Shown here in pieces: positions 47,915-57,265 of a DNA stretch of 58,238 nt. Numbering within the stretch: the stretch's first letter is position 1; every line of letters begins with the position of its first letter. Under the pieces are notes generated by a model. The model ran no database searches. It was not told the DNA's origin and worked only from the letters and a program-made list of their open reading frames with translations. The stretch is taken from positions 1 to 58,238 of IMG/VR virus record IMGVR_UViG_3300050343_000240; one strand, written 5' to 3'. The translations under genes and the position numbers were made by a program. Source of the stretch: a virus (Duplodnaviria > Caudoviricetes).

Positions 47915-49003
47915 ATGGGATTCATAACACAAACAGCAAGACAATATTATACTTTAACACAAAAGTTCACAGGTACTGGTAGTCTATCTGTATTTACTTT
48001 AACTTTTGATCCGTTGCCATCTAGCATAAATAATTTTATAGTATTTATTGATGGTGATGAAATTGATGATAGTAATTATACTTATAATAATTCAACAGGA
48101 GTTATTAATTTTTCTCCTTCAGCACCTCCTGGTTTAGACATAGAAGTAAAAGTTGTTTTAAAAAATCAAAAGCATGGTAGCTATAGATATATATCTTTAG
48201 AAGATATTATAAATAACTTTATGGTTTCTTATGTAGGTGATGATAAAATTATAAGTACAGTAAAAAAACTAGATGTTATATTTCACGCTAAAAGAGCTAT
48301 TCAAGAATTTAGTTATGATATTTCAAGAGTTGAAAAAATACAAGAAATAGAGGTTGGTGATACTTTAACTGTACCATTTCCGCAAGACTACGTCAATTAC
48401 GTTCAATTATCTTGGGTTGATACAAATGGGGTTGAAAGAATAATATATCCTTCTATAAATACTTCAAGACCATCGCAGTCTATTCTACAAGATAACAACG
48501 CTGATTACTTATATGATAATGATGATTCTTTACTTACTGGTACATCGATAACAACTGATAGATTTAAAGGTATTGAAAATACAGATAACACTAGTTTATT
48601 TGATGGAGTACACAATAGTTTATCAGCTAGCGGTTTGGGTCAAAGATATGGCAACAACCCTGAAACTACACAATCTAACGGCTTATTCGTTATAGATGAA
48701 TTAAACGGACAGTTTGGATTCAGTAGTAATTTACAATCCCAAATACTTACTTTAAAATATATATCAGATGGTTTAGGTACTGATGCAGAAATGCAAATAC
48801 ATAAACTAGCTGAGGATGCTATCTATAAGCATATAGCTCACTCCGTGATTGCTTCTAAAGCAAACATGCCTGAATATATAGTGAATAGATTTAAAAGAGA
48901 AAGAAGAGCTGCAATGAGAAATGCTAAGCTTAGACTTTCAAATATGAAGTCATTAGAAATGGCTCAAATAATGCGAGGCAAAAGCAAGCAAATAAAACAC
49001 TAA
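47915..49003 (+). CDS. Tail ring/tubular protein with an N-terminal beta domain
   Basis: FTGTG..FTL...VFIDG..Y..INF small domain, then PQDYVNYV and LKYISDG. Confidence 0.6.
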   Translation: MGFITQTARQYYTLTQKFTGTGSLSVFTLTFDPLPSSINNFIVFIDGDEIDDSNYTYNNSTGVINFSPSAPPGLDIEVKVVLKNQKHGSYRYISLEDIINNFMVSYVGDDKIISTVKKLDVIFHAKRAIQEFSYDISRVEKIQEIEVGDTLTVPFPQDYVNYVQLSWVDTNGVERIIYPSINTSRPSQSILQDNNADYLYDNDDSLLTGTSITTDRFKGIENTDNTSLFDGVHNSLSASGLGQRYGNNPETTQSNGLFVIDELNGQFGFSSNLQSQILTLKYISDGLGTDAEMQIHKLAEDAIYKHIAHSVIASKANMPEYIVNRFKRERRAAMRNAKLRLSNMKSLEMAQIMRGKSKQIKH

Positions 49004-49007
49004 TTAA

Positions 49008-52000
49008 ATGCCAGAAATTAAAAACAATTTCTTTAAAGGGAAAATGAATAAAGACGCTGATGAGCGTGTTTTACCTCCTGGAGAATATAAAGATGCTTTA
49101 AACATTCAAGTTGGTGTTGCTGAAAACGGTGATGCCGGTAGCTTGCACAATGTATTAAGTAATAATAAAATAAGTAATCTTAATATTTCTGGAGCAAAGT
49201 GTATTGGTAGTGTAGCAGATACACAAGCTGAAAAAATATACTGGTTTATTTATGGTACAACAATTGATGCTATTGCGGAATATGATGAAACAACAGATAC
49301 TGTTTCTCCTGTAATAGTTGATACAACCAAAAATATATTAAAGTTTCCTAATACTCAAATAACTGCTGTAAATGTTATAGAGGGGTATTTAATATGGTCA
49401 GATAATAATTCTGAACCAAAAAATATTGATATAGAATATTTTAAATCTGGTTCTGTTGATTTTGCTACAACAACAACTATAAATGAAGATTATATAAATC
49501 TTACTAGGAGTATAATAGAATCTGATTTAACACTTATAAAAAAGAAACCAGCTTCAGCCCCTACTGTTTCATATAGTATTTACGGGGAAGAAGTTAAATC
49601 TTTTGGAATAAATATTACAGCAACCGTAGATATTACGGGAATAAATATTGGAGACTCCGTCACAATGACAGTTTCTGCTAATCCTAATTTTATTTCAGGA
49701 GAAGAGTTTTTTGTAACCAACACAAATGACATAGGTAGTAGAGGATTTAAGTTTATTTCTATTAGCGGAGGAACTATTACAGCAGAATATGTTTCTGTAT
49801 TCGGGTATCCTTTACAATCTTTTACAGGTACAATAAAAAAAGGAGATATATTATTTAAAGATAAATTTGTAAGATTTGCTTATAGATGGCGTTTTAAAAA
49901 TAACCAAATATCAATTTTTTCTCCATTTACTGAACCAATTTTTGAGCCATATCCTGTTTTTGATCTTAATGATGAAGACGGATATAATACTTCTATGGAA
50001 AATATTATACGCCTTATAGAATTAGACAAAATTGATGTAACACCTACAGATTTGTATACTATTGATATAGTATATAAAGACTCTAGCGAAAATAATTTAT
50101 ATATTTATAAAACATTAAAAAAAGAAGAATTTGAAAATTATTCTACTGGAAATGGAAAAATTAAAATAAATACTGAAAGCTTATATTCTGTTATATCAAA
50201 CAATCAATTATTTAGACAATACGATAATGTTCCTTACAGAGCTAAGGCTTTGGAAATAACTGCAAATAGAGTTTTATTTGCTAACTATAAAGACGGATTA
50301 AATATAGTAACGGATCAAACTGGTAATTATGTAGAGTATAACCCATCGTTTAATATTTCTACCAGTAGGCGGTTAGATCATTTTTCTAAATCTATAAAAA
50401 CAGGAAGAACCTACCAGTTGGGAGTTGTTTTTGAAGATAAATATGGTAGACAAACACCTGTTGTTTCTAATGATTCAGGAGAAAAAAAGATTAATTACAA
50501 TGAAGTTAGATTTTTTTCAGCTACTCCGCCTAGAATTAGTGGTAATGAATTTAAAGTTTCACTATCAGATTTACCTCAAAATACTTTTTTTGACAATAGA
50601 ATAAGTAAATTTAAATATTATATTAAAGAGCAATCTAAAGAGTATTATAATATATTTTTATATAAAGCTTTTGATGATATTGTAAATACAGATTTTTTAT
50701 GGATAGCTATACCTAGTTATGAAATAAACAAAGTGCAAAAAGAAGATATTTTAATTTTAAAGAAAAAAGCAAATACAAATGCTCCTTTGTCTGACGCTTC
50801 ATTAAAATACAAAGTTCAAGAAATTTCAAATGATTTCCCTACAAATCAAATAACATCAACTGAAACTTTTAATGGTTACTTTTTTATAAAAATAAAAAAA
50901 GACTCAAAAGGAATAGCGACTGTTGCTAATTTAAGTGCAGATAATACTTTACCTGGATGGTACGGGGCGGCAGTTTTTGAAACAATTCCATCAGACAATA
51001 TACTTGATTTATATTATGAAACAGAAGATTCATATAATATATCTGAATATAATCAAGAAAAAACATTAAGATGGTTTAATTGTTTTGATTTTGGTAATGG
51101 TGTTGAAAGCGACAGAATAAGAGATGATTTTAATGAAGTAACTATAGATAATCAAGTAAGGGTTTCTACAACTGTTGAAGATGGGTATAAACAAAAGCAT
51201 AATAAATATGGTTTAATATTTTCTAGTGGATTATTTAATTCAAGAAATGGCATTAATAATATAAACCAGTTTAACACAGGAGAAGCTATTACAAAAGATT
51301 TAAATCCAGAACACGGGAGCGTACAAAAGCTGCATAGTAGAAACAACGATATAATTGCTTTATGTGAAGATAAAATTTTAAGAATATTAGCTAATAAAGA
51401 TGCTCTTTTCAATGCTGATGGCAATGTTAACCTAACTTCTACAAATAACGTTTTAGGACAATCAGTGCCTTATGCTGGTGAATATGGAATATCTCAAAAT
51501 CCTGAATCTTTTGCGGATTACGGTTATCAGGTATATTTTACAGATAAAGCTAGAAATGCTGTACTTAGGCTTTCTATGGATGGCTTAAGTGTTATATCTA
51601 ATTATGGTATGGCAGACTTTTTTAGAGATAAGTTTAATTTAGCTACGGCCGAAGAATCTATTTCTTTTAAAGAAGGTATTGATGGTTGGACGTCAAGATT
51701 AAGTTTTGTGCCAGAATCAGGCGTTTCTTTAAATGGGTCTTATTACACCATGAAAGATGGGGAGCTATATAAACAGCATGTAGCTTCTAGCAACTATAAT
51801 AATTTTTATAGCACACAATACAATTCTACTGTTGATTTTATATATAATCAAGAACCTTCTGTAATTAAAAACTTTAAAACATTAAGTTACGAAGGCTCTG
51901 AAAATTGGTATGCTAATACTATAGAGACAGATCAACAATCTGGCAAAGTGGAAAAAATATTATTAAGTGATTTACAATCTCAATATCCTTCTTTAGATAA

Positions 52001-52157
52001 TAATACTTTAATAGAAATACAAAAAAATAATTCTTTTATAAATAAAGAAGGTAAGTGGTTTGCAAATATTAAAGGTGTTGCAAATACAGATAATAATTTA
52101 GATACTAAAGAATTTTCTATACAAGGGTTAGGAAATATAACTAGTTTTACAACATAG
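49008..52157 (+). CDS. Tail nozzle/stabilisation protein (T7 gp12/P22 gp10-like)
   Basis: 1049-aa beta-rich protein; GKMNKD.DER, YGISQNPESFA, YFTD...VLRLS.DG, KEGKWFA. Confidence 0.75.
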   Translation: MPEIKNNFFKGKMNKDADERVLPPGEYKDALNIQVGVAENGDAGSLHNVLSNNKISNLNISGAKCIGSVADTQAEKIYWFIYGTTIDAIAEYDETTDTVSPVIVDTTKNILKFPNTQITAVNVIEGYLIWSDNNSEPKNIDIEYFKSGSVDFATTTTINEDYINLTRSIIESDLTLIKKKPASAPTVSYSIYGEEVKSFGINITATVDITGINIGDSVTMTVSANPNFISGEEFFVTNTNDIGSRGFKFISISGGTITAEYVSVFGYPLQSFTGTIKKGDILFKDKFVRFAYRWRFKNNQISIFSPFTEPIFEPYPVFDLNDEDGYNTSMENIIRLIELDKIDVTPTDLYTIDIVYKDSSENNLYIYKTLKKEEFENYSTGNGKIKINTESLYSVISNNQLFRQYDNVPYRAKALEITANRVLFANYKDGLNIVTDQTGNYVEYNPSFNISTSRRLDHFSKSIKTGRTYQLGVVFEDKYGRQTPVVSNDSGEKKINYNEVRFFSATPPRISGNEFKVSLSDLPQNTFFDNRISKFKYYIKEQSKEYYNIFLYKAFDDIVNTDFLWIAIPSYEINKVQKEDILILKKKANTNAPLSDASLKYKVQEISNDFPTNQITSTETFNGYFFIKIKKDSKGIATVANLSADNTLPGWYGAAVFETIPSDNILDLYYETEDSYNISEYNQEKTLRWFNCFDFGNGVESDRIRDDFNEVTIDNQVRVSTTVEDGYKQKHNKYGLIFSSGLFNSRNGINNINQFNTGEAITKDLNPEHGSVQKLHSRNNDIIALCEDKILRILANKDALFNADGNVNLTSTNNVLGQSVPYAGEYGISQNPESFADYGYQVYFTDKARNAVLRLSMDGLSVISNYGMADFFRDKFNLATAEESISFKEGIDGWTSRLSFVPESGVSLNGSYYTMKDGELYKQHVASSNYNNFYSTQYNSTVDFIYNQEPSVIKNFKTLSYEGSENWYANTIETDQQSGKVEKILLSDLQSQYPSLDNNTLIEIQKNNSFINKEGKWFANIKGVANTDNNLDTKEFSIQGLGNITSFTT

Positions 52158-52163
52158 TACATA

Positions 52164-53390
52164 ATGAGTATAAACGCAGATAACATAATAGGTACATACG
52201 ATATATATAGTAAACAATATATATTAACTTTTACAGAAAAGCCTACTTTAATTGAATCTACAGATTGTAGTTTTCAAATATCTATTATACCTGAATTTGA
52301 ATGTGCTTATTCAGGTTTAAGTATACCTGATGGTATTGTTGGTGATACTGTTACAGCAACAGTAACAGAGGGCACTATAGGTACTATAACACCTAGTGCT
52401 TATCAACAAGGCTTAACAGATTATTCTGTTCAAATTACAGCTCCAGGTGGTTATACTAATGCTGGTACTATTATATTATGTCCTGCTTCAGCAACCGGAA
52501 CGCCTACATTTGGCTGTAGCGATGCGGCGTTAAGCATTAATAATGGTAATGTAGGAGCTACTGTTACTGGAACAGTATCTTTAGGTACAATTGTAAGTTT
52601 TACACCATCAACATATGTTTCCGGATCAACCCAATACTTTGCAAAAATTACAGTTCCTTCTGGGTATTCTAATACGGGAGACACTGAATTTGGTTGTTCT
52701 GGTTCTGCTACAGGTATAAACCCACCACCACCACCGACTCCACCGACTCCGCCGGCTCCTACTCCCCCGCCAACTCCAGCTCCATGTACCTCTAGGATAA
52801 CTTCTAGTTCTATACCAGCACAAACATTAACTCAAGGCCAAACAGTAACTATTAATCTAAATAGTTATTTTACACAACTTGATGGATTATCTTTAAGTTA
52901 TTCTGTTAATGCAGCACAAGCAATAAACTTTTACGGATTATTATCAAGCGCAACAATAAGCGGAAGTACATTAACTATGGTGGCAAACAATAACAATGTC
53001 TGCTCTCCTACAAGTTCAGTTCAAATAACAGCTGATGATGGTGTATCAGGAAACTGTATAGGAGTAGGAAATATTGGAATTACAGTTACTGGATGTTCAG
53101 GGCCAACTCCACCAACTCCACCAACTCCACCACCCCCAACCCCGCCTACGCCCACGCCGCCTACGCCAACACCACCGGCTCCAACACCTTCCTTGTATTA
53201 TACATTCAATGCATGTGACCCGAGCTTAGCGGCGGTAGATGTTCAATTAGCATCCCAGCCAGCAAATAACGCAAGATATGTAAGATCTTCAGATATGACG
53301 TTTTGGACTTATGATAATAACGCAGGTACTTCTACAGCTACTAACCCTACTGCGAGCCTTAACTTTACATCAAACACAGGATGCCCTTAA
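52164..53390 (+). CDS. Pro/Thr-rich, Cys-bracketed modular virion surface protein
   Basis: Two ~65-aa repeats, two (P/T)n tracts and a C-terminal YYTFNAC...GCP module. Confidence 0.8.
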   Translation: MSINADNIIGTYDIYSKQYILTFTEKPTLIESTDCSFQISIIPEFECAYSGLSIPDGIVGDTVTATVTEGTIGTITPSAYQQGLTDYSVQITAPGGYTNAGTIILCPASATGTPTFGCSDAALSINNGNVGATVTGTVSLGTIVSFTPSTYVSGSTQYFAKITVPSGYSNTGDTEFGCSGSATGINPPPPPTPPTPPAPTPPPTPAPCTSRITSSSIPAQTLTQGQTVTINLNSYFTQLDGLSLSYSVNAAQAINFYGLLSSATISGSTLTMVANNNNVCSPTSSVQITADDGVSGNCIGVGNIGITVTGCSGPTPPTPPTPPPPTPPTPTPPTPTPPAPTPSLYYTFNACDPSLAAVDVQLASQPANNARYVRSSDMTFWTYDNNAGTSTATNPTASLNFTSNTGCP

Positions 53391-54538
53391 TGAATGAAAT
53401 TAAAAATTTTTTAAATAAAAAAGAATGTGATTATATTATAAGTTTAATTAATAATAACAACTTTAAATCACAAGTAATTGGATCAAAAGGTAAATCTATT
53501 TATGAAAACAGTAGAACTTCATCTACTTCTAATTTATTAATAACAGATGAGGTTGTTATTAGTGTGCATAAAAAAATATCAGATTATTTAAATATACCTA
53601 TAGAAAACGGGGAATCTTTGCAAGGCCAAATGTATAAACCGGGTGAATATTTTAAACCGCATCAAGATGCTTTTTCTGGCAATTCTTATGAAGCCCACGC
53701 AGGAACTGCTGGAAACCGCACGCACACTTTAATGATTTATTTAAATGATGATTTTGAAGGTGGTGAAACAAGATTTACAAATATTAATAAGTCTGTATTA
53801 CCTGAAGTAGGTAAAGCTGTATTTTGGAAAAATATAGACGAAAATAAAAATATAATACCAGAGTCAATGCATGAAGGTTGCGAGGTAACCTCAGGTAAAA
53901 AGTATATAATAACTTCCTGGTGGAGAGAAAATTCTTGGCTTACAAATACTACTGAAACTAATAATTTTGTTGATTCTGAGCTGCCTAAACTCACAGAGAA
54001 AGGTTTTAAAGTAATACCATTACCTGAAAACGAATGGGGTATAATACAAGATGCTTATAAATTAATTAAAGACAAAAATGTAGAAGAAATTTTTGATAAT
54101 AAAAAAGATTTTATTAAAAATGGAAATACTGAATTATTAAGTTTTGATCACGTACCTAATATTAAAAAATTTATTCATAATAAGTTGTTAAAAATTCACG
54201 AAGAATTTGCTGGTAAAAAACTTATACCGTCTTTTATATATGGAATTAGATCTTATCAAAATGGTGCAACATTAGTCCCTCACGTAGATCGCATTGAAAC
54301 TCATCATATATCTTCTATAATTATTATAGATAAAAATTTAAACAGTGAAAATGATTGGCCTTTAGATATTAAAGACCATAATGGAAAGTGGCATAAAGTT
54401 TACGCAAAACCAGGTGATATGATACTTTACGAAGGAGCGGTGTGTGAACATGGTCGTAAAGAAAGCTTTAAAGGTAATTATTTTAGAAATTTATTTGTTC
54501 ATTATAAGTTTTATGACTTTACACTTCCTAGCGCCTAA
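53390..54538 (+). CDS. Tandem 2OG-Fe(II) oxygenase; N-domain prolyl-4-hydroxylase-like
   Basis: SRTS, HQD, YLNDDFEGGET.F, SMHEG, KYIITSW; second domain HVD...EHGR; likely start at the TAATG overlap. Confidence 0.88.
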   Translation: MNEIKNFLNKKECDYIISLINNNNFKSQVIGSKGKSIYENSRTSSTSNLLITDEVVISVHKKISDYLNIPIENGESLQGQMYKPGEYFKPHQDAFSGNSYEAHAGTAGNRTHTLMIYLNDDFEGGETRFTNINKSVLPEVGKAVFWKNIDENKNIIPESMHEGCEVTSGKKYIITSWWRENSWLTNTTETNNFVDSELPKLTEKGFKVIPLPENEWGIIQDAYKLIKDKNVEEIFDNKKDFIKNGNTELLSFDHVPNIKKFIHNKLLKIHEEFAGKKLIPSFIYGIRSYQNGATLVPHVDRIETHHISSIIIIDKNLNSENDWPLDIKDHNGKWHKVYAKPGDMILYEGAVCEHGRKESFKGNYFRNLFVHYKFYDFTLPSA

Positions 54539-55133
54539 AAACAAAAATATTTGGCCAGATTTGTGGCATAAATGCTTACTTTCTTGGCAAAAACATTATA
54601 GCGATATAAAAGTTTGGGATGATTATGAAATAGATAATTTTATAAAAAAATATGATACTAACTTTTTCAAAATATTAAACCAATCTCATAAAATATTTAG
54701 GTTAGATTATGTTAGGGGATTAATTCTTGAAAAAATAGGGGGAGCATATATAGATATTGACATAGAATTAATATCTCCATTCATGCATCAAATAGATAAT
54801 AATGAAATATATATAATTGAAGCTTACGCAGATGACGAAGTGTTTCAAAATAGTTTAATGATTTCATCTCAATCAAGTTTTTGGACTGAGTTTTTATATT
54901 ACTGCAGAGAGTCTATATTTAAAAATTTAGAAAGCGTAACAAAATACCCTAATATAAAAGAAAAAATACCAGGTACAATAGTGAGAAAAACTGTGGGCCC
55001 AATAGCTTTATCTAATTTTATAATAAATAATAATAAAGCAGTAAAAAAATTACCTAATAATTTATTTAATAGTTCAAAAAATATTTGTTTTACAAAGCAC
55101 CATAATACTGGTATATGGGGTTTTATAGATTAA
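54513..55133 (+). CDS. DxD glycosyltransferase (GT32/OCH1-like)
   Basis: SWQKH...WDD...DYVR..IL...GGAYIDID...GP...H...W. Confidence 0.8.
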   Translation: MTLHFLAPKNKNIWPDLWHKCLLSWQKHYSDIKVWDDYEIDNFIKKYDTNFFKILNQSHKIFRLDYVRGLILEKIGGAYIDIDIELISPFMHQIDNNEIYIIEAYADDEVFQNSLMISSQSSFWTEFLYYCRESIFKNLESVTKYPNIKEKIPGTIVRKTVGPIALSNFIINNNKAVKKLPNNLFNSSKNICFTKHHNTGIWGFID

Positions 55134-55151
55134 AAGTTAAAAAAAAATAAA

Positions 55152-56147
55152 ATGGCAGTATATAAAATAATTGGAACTTTTGGAAATTCTTTTTCAAATT
55201 CAGATCAAATTAATCTTTTTGTTAATTCTGGTACCATAGTTCCATCTACTACAACCAAGTTTCAACTTGAGCAAGGTATTTTTGTTACTGTTAATAGTGG
55301 TGTTACAATTACTGCATATACTTCAAATGGTACTTGCGCTAATATTTCTGATGCTGTAGACGTGCCTAATACTCCCGTACCAGAACCTACGGAAGAATTT
55401 GATTGTAATACTACAAATCTAAATTTAACTATTAATAACGGAACTGAAGGTGATAATGTTACAGGAACTGCTTATCTACCTGACGGTTCTTTAGGTACAA
55501 TAACAGGTTTTTCTCCTTCTTTTTATAGTACTAGCGTAACTACTTATAGAGCATTTATAACAATACCAAGTGGTTACTCTAACACAGGAGATGGTGAACA
55601 AGTTATTGGCTGTGATGGTACAGCAACGGTTACCCCGATAACATCTTCTCACTTATATTATACATATGAGGCTTGTGATGGCAGCAGCGATGTAGATGTT
55701 TTATTAGAATCTGCTCCATTTTCATCAATAGAAAGAAGAATAGATTACAGTACTTCTAAATATTATACTTATAGCGGAGACGCAGGTACTAGTGCTAATT
55801 CAAATCCTATAAAATCTTTAGATCTAATAAGTGGAACAGGTTGTCCACCTTTACCTACATATTATTATATAGCAGTAAGAGAATGTACTGATTATAATTC
55901 AAACGGAGCTCTTGAGGATAGGGTTGTAAGGTCTCTTACAGACATCACAGGATGGAGTCATGTTTTAATACCAAGGTATTCTGGAGACACAGGAGCTGTA
56001 TATGAAAAATATGGTAGTTTAAATCAATCTTCTTTAGCAACAGCTTATGAAGACGGAACTTTTGATTTGCCTTCAGTAGACTTAGATAATACTGCTTCGT
56101 CCAACGGAATTACAGTAGCATCTTTAGAAAAAACAACGTGCCCCTAA
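55152..56147 (+). CDS. Cys-bracketed modular virion protein, paralogous to 52164..53390
   Basis: Shares INNG..G..VTGT...ITIPSGYSNTGD...GC and LYYTY.AC...GCP modules. Confidence 0.8.
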   Translation: MAVYKIIGTFGNSFSNSDQINLFVNSGTIVPSTTTKFQLEQGIFVTVNSGVTITAYTSNGTCANISDAVDVPNTPVPEPTEEFDCNTTNLNLTINNGTEGDNVTGTAYLPDGSLGTITGFSPSFYSTSVTTYRAFITIPSGYSNTGDGEQVIGCDGTATVTPITSSHLYYTYEACDGSSDVDVLLESAPFSSIERRIDYSTSKYYTYSGDAGTSANSNPIKSLDLISGTGCPPLPTYYYIAVRECTDYNSNGALEDRVVRSLTDITGWSHVLIPRYSGDTGAVYEKYGSLNQSSLATAYEDGTFDLPSVDLDNTASSNGITVASLEKTTCP

Positions 56148-56183
56148 AATTAACATAAATAATTAAGACGTAATAATAAATAC

Positions 56184-56501
56184 ATGAGTCAGATCACGTT
56201 AAATATAAACTTTGATAAAAATACTTCATTACAAGTTGGAGATATTATTTATTATGAAACTGCAGGTTCTATTAAAACAATAGGACCTGTAACTACTATT
56301 AATACTTCATCTATAGTTTGTGAAGAAACTGGTGACACCAGTAGTTTAGCAAACAACTCATTTATTTTTTTTGGGAAAGACAACGAAATAAATACATCGG
56401 GTATAATAGGATACTATGCCGAAGTACAAATGAAAAACGAATCAACTTCTGAAGCTGAAATATTTGCAGTTAATTCAGAAATATTTTTAAGTAGTAATTA
56501 A
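56184..56501 (+). CDS. Tail-associated protein
   Basis: NTSLQVGDIIYY...SGIIGYYAEV...EIFAV.SE. Confidence 0.7.
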   Translation: MSQITLNINFDKNTSLQVGDIIYYETAGSIKTIGPVTTINTSSIVCEETGDTSSLANNSFIFFGKDNEINTSGIIGYYAEVQMKNESTSEAEIFAVNSEIFLSSN

Positions 56502-56512
56502 AATATAAAATT

Positions 56513-57250
56513 ATGGCAATATTATTAAACCCTTTACAAGTATCTGGATTAAAAGAAAGCCTAGCAGAATATGATAAAGGAAGCTTTGGTGTAACACCTA
56601 GTTTAGGCTTAGAAGAAAAAGCAGCACTTACAGGTCAAGGATTTGGCGGATTAGCAGGTATTGCAATGGGTATAATTGGATCAAAAGCAAGACAAGATGA
56701 ACAAAAAGCAGCTAAAAAAGCTTATGAACAGTCTTTAGCTGATTATAAAAGTTTTGAATTTGAAAATGCTTATGCAAATATCGAAAACCCTTTTGAAGAT
56801 ATACGAGTATCAACAGAGGCAGCGGAATTTCAAGCTCAACAACAACAACAAGGATTAGCGCAAACATTAGATGCTTTAAGAAGTTCGGGTGGTGGAGCAG
56901 GGGCTGCAGCATTGGCGCAAGCATTATCTCAAGCTCAATCAATGCAAACACAAAGAATTGCAGGTGATATTGCTAGACAAGAAGCGGCTAACGAATCTGC
57001 AAGAGCATCTGCACAATCTCAATTAAATGTACTTGCAGCACAAGGTGCAGAAAAAGTAGAAGGAAGAGAATATGGTAGAACAACAACAATATTAGGAATG
57101 GATCAAAAACGTAAAGAAGCAGCTGATTTAGCTAGACAGCAGGCTACTGCTTCTATAGTAGGTGGTATTTCAGATGTAGTTGGAGCTGGAGTAAGTTTAG
57201 CTACTGGTAATGTTGGTGGCTTATCTAGTCTATTAGGTAAGAAGAATTAA
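56513..57250 (+). CDS. Internal virion/ejection protein (putative)
   Basis: A/Q/G-rich helical protein with glycine-zipper-like ends. Confidence 0.65.
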   Translation: MAILLNPLQVSGLKESLAEYDKGSFGVTPSLGLEEKAALTGQGFGGLAGIAMGIIGSKARQDEQKAAKKAYEQSLADYKSFEFENAYANIENPFEDIRVSTEAAEFQAQQQQQGLAQTLDALRSSGGGAGAAALAQALSQAQSMQTQRIAGDIARQEAANESARASAQSQLNVLAAQGAEKVEGREYGRTTTILGMDQKRKEAADLARQQATASIVGGISDVVGAGVSLATGNVGGLSSLLGKKN

Positions 57251-57265
57251 AAATAAAATATAAAA

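Noticed and set aside
52722-53189. C-rich tracts as DGR repeats or a DNA-level element
   Set aside because: No reverse transcriptase; third positions vary, so the repeat is at the protein (Pro/Thr) level
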